DNA of 62,326 nt, counting the filler, from Collodictyon triciliatum (Eukaryota), in assembly GCA_043381765.1 (NCBI GenBank). It is 7 parts of 7 records of this genome, joined end to end, with 100 filler letters (N's around TTAATTAATTAA, not from the genome) between each part and the next. Parts side by side here need not be neighbours in the genome. Positions count along the whole stretch, not along the records: positions 1 to 10,826 come from JBHJMP010000119.1; positions 10,927 to 26,357 come from JBHJMP010000120.1; 5 more parts are not named here. One strand, 5' to 3'. The position numbers and the translations under genes were made by a program. Of this stretch, positions 1 to 13,064 are shown in pieces (within the stretch, counting starts at the first letter, position 1; every line of letters starts with the position of its first letter). The notes beneath the pieces were generated by a model. It was not told the origin of the DNA. It saw only the letters and a program-made list of their open reading frames with translations, and made no database searches.

Positions 1-61
1 TTTCTTTCTTTTTCTTTCTTTTTTCTTCCTTTCTTTCCTTTTTTCTTTTTTCTTTTTTTTT

Positions 62-111
<50 letters not shown>

Positions 112-812
112 GTGTGCCTTTTTTTCTTTTGATTGTCTTGTTCAAATGTCCGAAAAGGAAAAGGGAGAAGGGGGAGTATGAAAGAAAAAAGAACAAAGGA
201 CAAGGCAGATCTTGTTGCTTTGTTGTTGTTGGACTGGTTATCTTTGCCGTGTCTGCCAGTAAGGGGCTGCAATAGGTCCGCTTCCATAGGCATTGAGTGT
301 CCTTTCGCACTGGAAGAAACACTCTGTCGTCGTCAGGTGCCTTGGGTGTGTGGCGAAAGGGCGATGGATTATCCCTCTCGCCCGCCTTTTGAACTGGGTG
401 TCTGTTGGGCGATTTTTCTCCCGTGCAGACTCGAATGGTTATATGCAATGCAAAACATAGGTACGTCAATGCCGCTTCGACCGGCGCACCACATGACGTC
501 ACGAGGCCACGCGCAATATAGCACACGCCCCGAATTTCCACTTTCGAGACCTTTGTTCATGCTCTCTAGTATTATATGTACGGTATATATACAGGGCGTT
601 GTGCCGTTGCATCTCTGGCGCTTTTTCCTTTCCTTTCCTTTCCTTTCCATCGTGGTTGGCTGCGTTCGCTCTGATTGTGCTTCGAGACGCACTTAGTGTC
701 AGGCGATCGGCTTTAGATATAGACAAGTTTTTTAAAAGGATATGGCCGATTTATAATTAGAAAAATGGAACGGACTGGTGCTACATAAGTTTTTCATCTC
801 TGTTGGCACTGT

Positions 813-872
813 GGAGTTGAGGGTGAGATTTTTTTTTTCCTTTATTCGATTCAAAGGAGTTGAGGGTGAGAT
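813..872 (-). mobile_element. 26-nt poly(A)-tailed retro-insertion with a perfect 17-bp TSD
   Basis: GGAGTTGAGGGTGAGAT at 813-829 and 856-872 flanks T-run-CCTTTATTCGATTCAAA. Confidence 0.85.
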
Positions 873-1156
873 ACGCATTGGGTTGATTGCGACCAAACAC
901 TAGAAGACCTTTGCATCAGAAAAATCTTTTTCATTTGCCTCTGCTGAAAGTAAAAGAATTTGACGCATGGCCAGTCTTTAGAAAAATCATCCCTTTAACT
1001 AATCAATCCGGCCTAGGAGACGAGAATTTGTAAGAATTTACATCATCGCCTCAGAAAGCCTGCAGATTTGCGAGCACTAGTAGCAGGTTTTTTTTTGTTT
1101 GAAGAAAAAAAACATATCACGTCAAGGTTGGCAAAAAAAAAAATGCTGATGTAATA

Positions 1157-1237
1157 AACAGACACAGCAATTTTTTTTCCTTTATTCGATTCAAACTGCT
1201 GCGAGGTTATGCCGTACAAGCGAACAGACACAGCTAT
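1157..1237 (-). mobile_element. ~51-nt retro-insertion of the same family, 15-bp TSD
   Basis: AACAGACACAGC(A/T)AT flanks T-run-CCTTTATTCGATTCAAACTGCTGCGAGGTTATGCCGTACAAG. Confidence 0.8.
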
Positions 1238-2026
1238 GCTATATTTGTCTTCACATAATGATTGAGTAAAAGAAATGCACCATAATTGGTGTTATTGATT
1301 TTTCTATTTTTTGGTTTTGGTTTTGGTTTTGGTTTTGGTTTTGGTTTTGGTTTTGGTTTTATATTTTTTTGGTATTTTTTGGTATTTTTTGGTATTTTTT
1401 GGTATTTTTTGGTATTTTTTGGTATTTTTTGGTATTTTTTGGTATTTTTTTTTTTAATACCTTGTTGTTCTGGTGTTTAAATCTACCGAAATCTCAATCA
1501 ATTAGTGCTAAATTTGTATTGGCTGTCCCTTCCAATTTGTGTATAAAAGAGGCAGGCTATTTCTTGCATTTAATCTATTTATGGAAATTATATTAATTAT
1601 AGTATAATATGTTCCTTTTTACTTTCTTGATTATATAAAGTAATATATTAAATTGTATGAGATTAAAATAAATAAGTAGAATAAGCCTACTATCCAGCAA
1701 TGAATGAGACATTCATAGTGTCTCCTCACAACAGAAAAACAATGATGGCGACACACCCGACCACTTCTAGAATCTTCATATACAAATATGGCAACCCAAA
1801 GGAGACGCAGCTACATAAATTCCACATATGACTATCATCTTTGAGAACTCGAGGCCTTTCGTTGGGTATTTATAATCTCGCTGGTCTTTATTTTCTATCA
1901 CAAGCCCCTAACCCCACAAAGGAATCGCATCATGGCTGACAGCGCACTCGCTACTCTGAGCAGGCACAATCTCCCAGCTTTCCTCTGAGTGAACAAAACA
2001 TTTCTTCCAGTGCAGTCATTTGAAGG

Positions 2027-2118
<92 letters not shown>

Positions 2119-2223
2119 AAATCACAAGTTTGTAACATCCAGCATATATTATCAAACAGCAAAGGACACGGGCTCTCACAGTCCTAGAACACCCTCAACT
2201 GCGCCTAGGTATCTTTTGTTGCA

Positions 2224-3767
2224 ATGTACGAAGATGCTGCATTCTATGGGGATTATGACCTCATGGTTATGGACTTGACGATTCCAGACCTTGAGACCTT
2301 GGAAAAATCTCCAACGGTGGTCATCCGTGCTAAAAACCTGTTATACATCCCTGATACTATCTTTCTACTGAAACGTTTGGAATCGCTGGATATTTCCTAC
2401 AATACGCTGGCTTCGTTGCCACCAGAAATATCCTGTCTGACACAAATGGTGCGACTTGATGTTGACAGAAACAAGCTGTCGTCATTGCCACCAGAAATAT
2501 CTTGCTTGACTCGCCTTACGGCCCTTCGTGTTCAAGTCAATTTGCTATCATCTCTGCCACCAGAAATCTCTTGCTTAACTGGTCTCAAAGATCTGGGCGC
2601 CAGTGAAAACTGGATATCATTCCTTCCACCAGAAATATCCTGCTTGGTCGCTCTCACATTTCTCCATATTTGCGATAATCCGGTATACATAGTCTATTCT
2701 ATACATTTCCATGTTCTGTAATTAACACTGAGATAATCGATTGCAAACAATTATGCCCCAAGATGCAGGAGCTCCCACCCCAAATCATAGCGCTCACAAA
2801 CTTAAAGAATCTCTGGATCGGCAGTGATGGTACGCAAACCATAAAGAGAGCCCCGCGGGGCATCAAAACCCTTCCATGCTGGACTAACAGAAAGCACAGA
2901 GACCATTCTAGCATCCGCGCCTTATGGCTCTACGATGTCCCTGTAATGTTATTTTTCATAACTTTCGTAAAAATAATAAATATAATAATAAAAGATGTAC
3001 CACCTATACTTCTTGACTCAAAAAAAAAAAGGACAGTGAAATGATGGCAGATGGTTGGACGCCAAATGAGAGACAAATGGGCATCAAGTCACTTCATTTT
3101 GATGGAATGAAAATTTCCGTTTTACCAAATAACATCTCGAAGTTGACTAATTTGATTGGCCTCAGCATCAAATACAATGAAGTGAGATACAGTAATTTAT
3201 GATGTTTTTTTTTTCCCCCTAGAGAGAGAACGATAAAACAAAATCAAAAAGAAAACATCCGTGATTTCTTCACCAAAAAAATATTGTTGTCTAGTTTTCA
3301 GAATTGCCAGTGCAGCTGTCTAAAATGACCTCGATCCAACATCTGGACTTATCCAACAATCCGGTTAGGGCTTTAATTGAGAAATGTATCCTAATGGTCG
3401 TAAATATACAAACAAAAAATATTGGGTTCATTCCACCTGACTCTATCAAAGAACTCTGACATCCATTCACATATTCTTTATCAGATCACCGATTGTCCTG
3501 GCTGGGTTAGCAGCATGGTTGGGCTAAAAAAACTGATTATTTCGCAGTGTCAAGTACGTATTCGATCCAACTTGTGCAGACGCAAATTGCCGATTTTGCA
3601 ACAAAGGCTCTTTACTGAAAAAATAAAAAAAAATCCCTTTATTTGATTCAAAGTGCAGCGAGGTTAAGCCATACAAAGTACTAAAAAAAAATAATTAGTT
3701 GACCAAGGTCCCAGAGGCTTTAGCCAAACTCACGGGCTTAGAGGAGCTGGATGTTTCATACAATCAT
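2224..3767 (+). CDS. Leucine-rich repeat protein, multi-exon; 3' end unresolved
   Basis: Repeated LSSLPPEISCLTxL units in 2224-2682. Further LRR exons follow through GT-AG introns: 2763-2942, ~3032-3181, FSELPVQLSKMTSIQHLDLSNNP, ITDCPGWVSSMVGLKKLIISQCQ, LTKVPEALAKLTGLEELDVSYNH. Confidence 0.85.
3634..3678 (-). mobile_element. ~45-nt retro-insertion of the same family, in an LRR-gene intron
   Basis: CCCTTTATTTGATTCAAAGTGCAGCGAGGTTAAGCCATACAAAG with degenerate TACT(G/A)AAAA...TAA flanks. Confidence 0.7.
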
Positions 3768-4624
3768 GTTAGTGGCAACTTATTTAACACCAAAGATGAA
3801 ATATAACCTGTTCTGCAATTTTCTTCATTAGTATAAAAGTACCTTGATGAAATTTAGAATACAAAAAATTATAATCATTTGAGTTTCTGATAAGTGTTGT
3901 AAATATCTGAAATGGATCACTATTCGATACTTTTATAATTTGCAGATTTTTTTTTTTTGTAATTCTGGAATACTCAAACTCTACAAAATCCTTGTCTTAT
4001 TTTATTATTTTTTTTAACAAAAAAGTCTTCTAAACTATCTTGAAAATAGATGCCTCTAATCGACTAGGAACAAGCGTCTATTGTGCCCAGCTTTACATAA
4101 GTGACGACCAGACAAAGTTGCACGATTGAAAAGCAAAGAATAAAACCAAAAAAGAAATAGAAAATAACACACCTGTATTCGATGATACGACCCACCTCCG
4201 AAACAATTAATAGGATAAAGTTCAAAGGACAGATTAAGCCTTAAAACACTATTAGGTACGCAGTTGGTTAATATCCTATTACTTGGTCACGCCCGTAAGA
4301 TTGCACGATAGATGGAGTGCAACCAGATAGCCTTTTCCTTTGAACCCCTTTTTCTTTCTTTTTTTTCTTCTCCAATTTATGTGCAGCCCCATCAGTTCTA
4401 TCGTTCAATGGAATAACGAAAAGGGCATAGACTTTAACTTATATGATCAGGAGTGAAACGAAGCGCCAAACAGAACTCTTTGACAATAACCAGATGACTG
4501 AGAATAAGTATGTCTCCAACAGGAATAGGGGACGAAAGAAAAATATTTATTTTTGTTGAAGGGGTAAGAATCTACCACGTGAAGTGTAATGCTATTTGGT
4601 TTTTCGAGGTCGGGTGTGGGATGG

Positions 4625-6966
4625 TTAATTTGGGTACTTTTCAATTGCTTCTTTCACCAAAAGTCTGATTTGGCTGAACATCCCCGGGACTCTGGCCTCA
4701 GGAAATCGGTCGTATATGGTTTTTGTGATCTGTACAAATCGCTGGGGTCCGGGTTGGCCTTTCGAAGACTTTGCCAAATGCTCGATTTCGTTCCTTAAGA
4801 CCGGTACAGATGGTGGCCTTGGCGTTGTGTCTATCACTTTCACTTTACTGTCTGTTTCGACATGTTAAAAAAATATGAAAAAATCGGCAGATTAGAATAT
4901 TATGTGATGTGTCATGATGTTTTATCTTGTTTTTGTTTGTTTTTGTTTTGTTTTTGTTTTTTTTTAAAAAAAAAACAATAGTTATATATTTCATATGGGT
5001 TCAATTTTGATATAAAAATATGAGTATGTGCTAATTATAATTGAATAGCTTTTCTCACACAAATTGACATAGTATGTTTGTATTAACCAAAATAGAAAAC
5101 CTTGAATCCTGGATGCAGTTGTTTCATTCTGGGTTTGTAAGAAATCGTGAGAGTCTTTCTTTCGAATATCTTGAGTCTGCATTCATTCATTAATACAATA
5201 ATTTGTATTAGAAAACTACCTACCTCTAGAGGATTTCTTTGTATAGGACAACGTAATGATAATAATAAACTCATAGTGTACATGGATATGAAGACATATA
5301 CGGAAATTAATTTGAAAAGAGGGAGAGAAAAAACCGGAATGTAGTGAATGCGGTCGGTGGCTTTTTCGTGACCTGTGGTTCCATAATTCACATCACTTTG
5401 AGGTGGATTGGGTTGAGCGTGAAAGACTGGTCCTGAATTCATATGATTAGGAATCGCGTAAGAATTTTGTTGGAAATTTCCACCAGGCAGAATGACTGGG
5501 CTTGTGTATTGCACAACTGGTTGGATTGGTACTAATGATGCTGTCTGGACAACTGGCTCGCCTTTAAGCACTGAATAAAAGAGAATTAGCCTATTTCGTA
5601 AAACAACACTTGTGTACATTCTTTGAGCGAGGTTTTATGAATATACGCAGCAAATAAGCGACATATAGAATCAATTCTATTTTTATATTTTTAAATAATT
5701 TGCGAGGCAGTGTGGTTCGTCATCACATAAATAATATGTCTATGAAAGATAGGCTACTGAACCAGCCATGCAAACGTTCAATAGGCAAAATGAAATTAAA
5801 ACTCACCCTCCTCTTGCATTTGCCGTAGTTTCTCGGCCTTTTCTGCTAATTTTGATTGTAATCTACTAGCAACCTCCTGTATATCTTTATCCATTATTGC
5901 TGTTCTTTGAGTTTTGACAGGTTCTTTGGACATGTGAGCACTTCTATTTAAGTAATGAAAGGGTGTCATCGAAGGAATAAGTTCCCATTCTCTTAAAGTT
6001 GAGTCTATCGGAGCTGCCACAAAGATTTATGATACTTGTGTTTGAATGATGATGCAACCAAGCAGTATGTTAATAAATAACAATAACAATAACAATAACA
6101 ATAACAATAACAATAACAATAACAATAACAATAACAATAACAATAACAATAACAATAACAATAACAATAACAATAACAATAATGAAGAAAGAAAGCAAGA
6201 AAGTAAGAAAGCAAGAAAGTAAGAAAGAGTAATGATTATCATAGCAAATATTGTAGAAAGAATGTAATCCGGGTTTTAATCATACACGCTTCTGTCATAG
6301 TCATGTTCTATTGGAGTCTTTCGGCTTCCCCAAGTTTCTTTCTCGGACACTCTGCTTGTGTGTTCTTGGATATGTGGGCTCGACACATTTCTTCTGCTGT
6401 ACGTTTGACGAGGGGTTGAACGTCGAGACGAGAATACGGAACTCGTGTCTTCATCTTCGTGCTGGCTGTAAGTATATCGACCGCGGGTATTTTCTTGTAT
6501 AAGCTTCAGCTCCTTATCTTTGTCACTCAAAACAGTGTCAAGCACGTCAGAGACATATTGCGGGAGTATATCGGTTAAGGTACGGCGGATGGCAAGGTGG
6601 ATCTGAGGTAATAGTAAAAATGATGGGCGAAATCTTGAGATTGAATTGATTAAAATAAATCCCTATCATATTCCATATGGGAACCATTTTTATGTTGTTT
6701 TCAATGGATAGGGCCACCTAAAATGTTAAACTGCTTTGAAATAAAAAATTCAATCAGTGTACCTTGTTTTCAACATAGTCTCTCATTTTATCCTCGATGA
6801 GCAGATCTGATGTGGGAACTATCTATAATTTTTTTTTTTAAAAAAAAAAAAAGGGAATATAGGTTTATTTTTTCCCTCGATATATAATCTTAGGTTTACA
6901 TATTCATTAAATCTAATGTAAAGTCATCGCGCAATATAAGGGGGGGGGGGGGGGGGGGTTTCCTTT

Positions 6967-6997
<31 letters not shown>

Positions 6998-8238
6998 GCC
7001 CCCGCGAGGCAGCACCCCCGCTACTGTCATGTGAAGGACCCCCCACCNNNNNNNNNNNNNNNNNNNNNNNNNNNNNNNNNNNNNNNNNNNNNNNNNNNNN
7101 NNNNNNNNNNNNNNNNNNNNNNNNNNNNNNNNNNNNNNNNNNNNNNNTATTATAGTTCTGAAATGGAGAGGAGGATCTGCCGGGGGGAGGGGGGGGGGGG
7201 GGGGGGGGGGCGGGCTCTACTTCTTCTTTGACAGCTGAAATTCCCTCGGCTATTCGACTGTGCATTTTTCGGTCAATAAGATTGACTTGGTCGCGAATAT
7301 GAGGTGTGATGACATTGTCTATCATATCCCTTTCCCAGACAAATAATCTTTGCTCGAGCAACTAAAGATATTCATTTATTAATTGATAAGGTTGAATAGT
7401 AGAAAAAAAGAAAGAAAAGAGTTAAAAAAACATTCATGTCGATATTGACAATCTGTTTGGGGATGAAGCAAGTGGCTAGAACTTTCCTATATTTTTGAAA
7501 TAGACAGAAAGAATACCATCAAAGATAAAAAGAAAGTATAAGAAAAATACAAATAAAACAATTCTCCTAAAACTGGGAAAATTATTCTATGATGTTTTCT
7601 TACACTTGCTATCGTATTATCCATGTTATCCATGATACCCATGCACCTATGTTTGATTTTGCTAACTTACTAGAGGGCAATATATATATTCAGTTTTTAT
7701 TTTATTTTTTTGCGTAACCCGTTCCGCTGAGTGGATATGTTGAGGGGGGAAAGGTAAGAAAAACTAATCTAAATTATAATTTTTGAAGCAATGGGAAGTG
7801 GCCTACTTTTCGACCCTTCCAGAAATCGCATCTAGCGCAACTTCCGTAGAGGTTTTTCCATCGAATTGTGCACGTGGCTCAGCTTTAGTAACAGGCTCGT
7901 GGGCTCCTGAGAAAGGAATTTTGGATCTTTTCTGTATATAATCGGCCACCTTCTGTACCTGTAATACATATTCGCAAAATATTTTTAAAAAATCACAAAA
8001 TCCTGTGTCAGGTATATGAAAGTAACCAAGAGAAGCTGTATCGGATTTGAATTAAATCGAATAAAATGCATTTGATGATTTAATATATATGAATAGCTAG
8101 TATAATTGATTTGATTTTACATCATATACGTTTTATAGAATAAAATTGACATGTCTGGGATTTACCATACAAGAATATATGCTTCATGTCTAATCGCTTT
8201 CAACTTTTTCATTTTTTATTTCTATTGTGGCTTCTAGC

Positions 8239-8273
<35 letters not shown>

Positions 8274-10554
8274 TGGATGAGGGTGAAGGGGAAAAAAGCT
8301 TCAATATGATTACCTCATTTCTCATCGATTCTAATTGAACTTGGAGCTCATGAGCAGTGTTTGACCTATGTTGCGATGCTGAGGCTCGACCCACCACTGG
8401 TGATTCTGGTCTTCTATATGGGGAGCTTTTGGGCCCTTTATGCAGGTATTGTGTTGTGGCATTTCTTGGGTTTTCTGAATCGATTGTATTCATAATAGTA
8501 GAGGAATATGAGGACGAAGAAAATGGAGTGAGTTTTTCATCTAGATTTCCTTTAGTTACCAATGACTCTTTTACATCACTACCATGAGTCGGTTTTTTGA
8601 CATGATAAGGTGCTTTCTCTGGATTTTGTGGTTCTTTTAATACAGCTTGGCTTTGTTCTATAAGCCTAGATGGACGAGAAAAAGATACATCGGGCGACTT
8701 TTGGCTGGCTGAGTGAAAAACTGGGTTAATACCTTTATCCACACTTAACTTAGAATGAATAGTCTTTTCTGTTTCAAAAAATCTATCTCTATCACTTTGC
8801 TGTTGAGGTCGACTATCTTTCTTAAGATCACTTGCCGCGGTAAGATGTGATGGATTATAGCTTTGGCTTTCAAGGTTGATTTTTGACTGGGCTGTTGGCA
8901 GAAATAAACTGTGGTTCCCCGGATCTCCAGAATCAAATGCTGATGAGAGCGACTTCGACTGGGACCCCACAAAAGTACCTGAATAATGCTGGGTGTCTGA
9001 ACCCGCAGTCGATGTGTGCGGTCTCAATGTTGTATTATGATCTCCTTGATAACCTCGAAGTGATTCATTGCCTGCGAATGTGTTTTGTTGCGAAAGCCCT
9101 ACACTTGAGCTTCGATTAGGTTGCGAATATGCCATCGATGATGTGGTCGTACTTGAGTGTCTTTCCTGTATAGCTGCTCGGCTGTCAAGTGATTTTTCGT
9201 TTTGTATTTTTTTCCTACTACTGGTATCAGTCTCAGATATGTCAACAAGACCAGAAACAGATGTTGAGTTCTGTGAATCTGAACTGGATCCAGTTGGTTG
9301 TCTCAGTATCGAGGCAGGACTCATGCCTGGTGCCCTTGCTCCCGCGTACTGATTCTGCAATGAAGATTTGTATTGGCCTTTGGATGGAACAAAGTGTGAA
9401 AATGAAGCAGATTGGCTTTTCAGGTATGAGTCACTTGCTTGGGGTTTTTGAGGGACAGATGATGTCGAGTGGGACTCATTATGGAGCTCAGATTGGTTGC
9501 TTGGATGCGAGTTTGTTTGGCTATCATGTTGCAATGATACTCTAGAATATCCATCAGTTTCGGAACGGAACTGTGATGTTGTATTTACACCTGATTTCGA
9601 TGCTGACTTGGTGCCACTTGTATAAGATTCATTGGGCAAGTATGGTCTTCCCCTACTATCCCTCTCGTTATGTGATTCTGTAGTAAACCTGGAAATATTT
9701 TGCGATTGGGGATAAGAATTGGATTGGAGTCTGGACTGATTCGTGTTTGTTTGATTTTGTGAGCTAAGCGTAGACTCTTCGTTGTAGTAAGACCTGTTTG
9801 GAGTTTGTGAGATTGATTGAGAGGGAGAGTCGCGCCTTTGTATGGGAGCTCGATTAGGGTGATGAGACTGGGATTGAGAGTATGAAAGGGAATGAGACTC
9901 GGAGCGACCATCTGAAATACTCAACTGGGTATTCCTCGTTGCAGTTTGAGATTGGGTTAGTGATTGCGAAAATGACTGCGAAAGTGATTCGGTGTTTGGG
10001 TCTTGAGAGTAGAATGAGCGAGAAGCTTGGTCCGGTCTTGAGTGTGCTTGCACTTGGTGCTCTGCACTAACCCTTTGAGGCGAATTATCCTGCGAATCCA
10101 TATCGACTTCTGATTCTGACTGAGGGTAAGAGCGACTATAATGTGGGGAATATGACACAGAATGACTCAATACATCCGACTTGGGATTACCGCGTGTTGG
10201 TGTTGCAGAATATATACTTTGAGGATTGGTTGCGTGGGAAAATGAATGAGTTTGTGAATGCGGATCAGACTGGGATGGATACTGCGATGGAATCATCGAC
10301 TGAGACAGTGACGTAGAAGGTGACTGTGTTCGTGAGTGAGGAGTGAACCGCGACCCTGAGGCATCTTCGTCTTGTGTGATGTCTCCTGACCGAGAAAAAA
10401 ACTGCCGGATGCTTTGTGGCGTTCCAATAGGCGGGCGACCGGCTGAACGCTGCGGACGTCCGTCTGGTTCTGACCCAAACGAATCGAATTCGTGACTTTT
10501 GCCGTTTTCAAAGTAGCTTAGGACAGAGGTAGAGTCCGAGCCTGTGCGGGACAT
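4625..10554 (-). CDS. Large Ser/Gln/Thr-rich hypothetical protein, multi-exon
   Basis: Open first exon of ~2.2 kb ends at MRNE|gtaatc. Later exons: VQKVADYIQKR..., LLEQRLFVWERD...poly-Pro, LDTVLSDKDKE..., APIDSTLREW..., GEPVVQ..., and a probable last exon ...KEAIEKYPN* (4625-4843). No domain recognised. Confidence 0.7.
6078..6182. repeat. (CAATAA)n microsatellite, intronic
   Basis: Tandem array seen directly. Confidence 0.95.
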
Positions 10555-10764
10555 TTCTCTGCGGCCAAGAGTTTTGTTGGTTTATAGTCTGATGTATTTG
10601 TCCTGCACGCGATCCAATATCATAAAGTTTTTGAACCCTCTCTCTTTTTATTATTTACCTTCTATATTTTTACTTTGATTGTTCACTTTTACTTTTGTTT
10701 TTTTGTTTTTTGTTTTTTGTTTTTTTGTTTTTTGTTTTTTGTTTTTTTGTTTTTTTGTTTTTTT

Positions 10765-10826
<62 letters not shown>

Positions 10827-10926
10827 NNNNNNNNNNNNNNNNNNNNNNNNNNNNNNNNNNNNNNNNNNNNTTAATTAATTAANNNNNNNNNNNNNNNNNN
10901 NNNNNNNNNNNNNNNNNNNNNNNNNN
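10827..10926. other. Artificial scaffold-joining spacer; also at 26358-26457, 30031-30130, 39070-39169, 47075-47174 and 55394-55493
   Basis: Identical 100-bp N44-TTAATTAATTAA-N44 blocks that put stops in all six frames. Confidence 0.95.
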
Positions 10927-11265
10927 ATTATGTTTATTATTATGTTTATTATTATGTTTATTATTATGTTTATTATTATGTTTATTATTATGTTTATTAT
11001 TATGTTTATTATTATGTTTATTATTATGTTTATTATTATATTTATTATTATATTTATTATTATGTTTATTAATATTATTTTGTATATGTAGATTATTATT
11101 CCTTTCAATTTGCAAAACGTGGGAAAATGAAAATAATTGCAACATAGCTGGACCGTGGTTATAGGGGATGAATAACACTTGGAAATTGGTAAGAAGGGAC
11201 GGAAAATCGGTTGGAGGTGTATATTGGTACCACAATAACTCTGTAAAATTATCAAAGTTTCATAC

Positions 11266-12299
11266 GGTTGATGGTGATGCATATCTCTTTGATGCAGAGG
11301 AAGGCCGGGCCGAGGGTTGACTTTGTTTACTTTGGTATAATGTTTGCTGTTGCTGTTGAGGTATTTGCTGCTGTTGTGGTGTAGGTCCCGAATTCATAGG
11401 AGCAGATGTTTGGGTTTTCGCTATACGAGCCTTCACTCCTCCTCCGCCTTGTCCATTTAACGATACACAGCTTCGAAGATGTATTTGCAGGCTTTCTGGC
11501 TTGAATGTTCTAAAATGGTGTCGATATGATTACGTGAATTACTTCTATGGATTATCATGAATAGAAAAAAGTGTATTAAGAGTATATTGAGAGATACCTT
11601 CCACAATTCTCACATGGCACGAGATTGTTATTTGCGGTGGCAAAAGCTGCATCATTGTATTCATCGACGTTCGAAAAGTTTCTGTGATTTTATATTATTT
11701 TTATTCCTTTTTTAGATTGAGATTATCCCATCATTTTGTATATTTATAAGAGGTGTACTTATCATTCATTTTGATCGCAAATGACCATTAAGAAGGTAAA
11801 AATATGATGATAAATATATAAATTTAGAGCATAGATTATTAAAATAGGATTAAATGTGTGACATTGCAAAATGTATATAATACTTTGGATTCAACTCTAA
11901 GGGTTGTGCCATCTTGCTGCGGAGGTGAGGAGGAAGCTTGGACTGTTCGATCTCCCATTTTTTTATGCACGACTTTTGGTGTATGGGAAGGGACATTGTC
12001 CCGAATCCTTGTCCACATATGTGGCTGAAGAGCATGAACAGTAAAATGCGGAAAAGAAAAGAAAAAGAAGAAAAAAGAACAGGCTAAGTGGAGCCACACA
12101 AAATGGCTGATGTTGCGTTTCGAAGGACAGGGATAAAGTCTGTTTCACTCACAACGAACATAAAAGAGGACGACTGAGAGGCATTTTAGCATCATATGAA
12201 AAACCTTATGAGGTGGGGAACACACAGACATATTATTATCATGATTAAAAAAAAAATAGTGCAAGCTTACCAGATCAACATCCGGGGCCGATTCGCCAT
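11266..12299 (-). CDS. ZNF474-like tandem C2HC zinc-finger protein; 3' end unresolved
   Basis: Spliced product MANRPRMLIC|HICGQGFGTMSLPIHQKSCIKKWEIEQSKLPPHLR...YNDAAFATANNNLVPCENCGR|TFKPESLQIHLRSC has two CxxC-x11-H-x3-C fingers with the ZNF474-type linker. All junctions GT-AG. Confidence 0.85.
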
Positions 12300-12304
12300 C
12301 CAGA

Positions 12305-12365
12305 ACGTCTTCCAGAGTTTTTTTTTTTCCCCCCTTATTCGGTTCAAAGAGCACGTCTTCCAAAG
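12305..12365 (-). mobile_element. 35-nt retro-insertion of the same family, 13-bp TSD, just upstream of the ZNF474-like ATG
   Basis: ACGTCTTCCA(G/A)AG at 12305-12317 and 12353-12365 flanks T-run-C6-TTATTCGGTTCAAAG. Confidence 0.8.
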
Positions 12366-12825
12366 CTAACAAGTTCAAGTTGCCTATTCATAGAAAACGC
12401 AAGGTGACAGATTAACAAGGTTTATCGGCATCTCTCTTCCATCCGACTTTGCTTTTCGTTTCGGCAAGATCGTGTTGGCTGAGCGGCAAAGGATCACAAT
12501 TTGGTGCGTTCGTTGTGTGTTTCTGGCACGGTTCGATTTGTCTGTTTGGATAGGGAAATCTGCACGTCCTGGTGTGGTGAGAGCTCATGGGATACGGCGC
12601 AATCTGAGATGCGCTGGGACATGGTGCCTAAGGCAGCAGTGAGAAGCAAAACACGGGGCGCTGACTCACAGAAAACTAAAGCCTTGGTAATAAATAGTAT
12701 CATGATCGTAACCGTAACTGTAGCTATATTGGTCCCGATAGTAATGGCGATGGCGATGTTGGTGTTGATAACAGATATAGATGAAGAAATATAAATGGCA
12801 GCAGCAAAAGTGTACATGGAAAATC

Positions 12826-12881
12826 TCTACCAATCATGTTCTTCCCCTTATTCGATTCAAAGTAATTCTATCAATCATATT
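12826..12881 (-). mobile_element. 26-nt retro-insertion of the same family, 15-bp TSD with 2 mismatches
   Basis: TCTA(C/T)CAATCAT(G/A)TT flanks CTTCCCCTTATTCGATTCAAAGT. Confidence 0.7.
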
Positions 12882-13064
12882 TTAATGTTGTCATTTTATT
12901 TCGTTTTTTTATATTTGAATGTATCTCAACCAGGCCATATTTCTCTTGTGTTACTTCCAGTAAGTGTTTCCTCAGATATCTACGTTTTCATTTTATGATA
13001 CAATTATATATTGATCAGCAATCACATACGTCAATTCTTCTTTTTTTAAAAAAAAGGAAGATAT

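Noticed and set aside
133-726. Overlapping ORFs and a TGACGTCA motif at the window start
   Set aside because: No recognisable protein, and a single 8-mer is not evidence of regulation.
2995-2996. Second apparent AG-AT-GT 2-nt microexon in the LRR gene
   Set aside because: A single canonical intron 2943-3031 (AAG acceptor) already keeps the frame, and the microexon would need a 40-nt intron.
10871-10882. TTAATTAATTAA palindrome recurring six times
   Set aside because: Always centred in an identical 100-bp N block, so it is an assembly linker and not biology.
12026-12270. Apparent non-canonical splice junction before HICG in the zinc-finger gene
   Set aside because: Resolved by the canonical donor ATC TG|gtaagc at 12270, which gives RPRMLICHICG.
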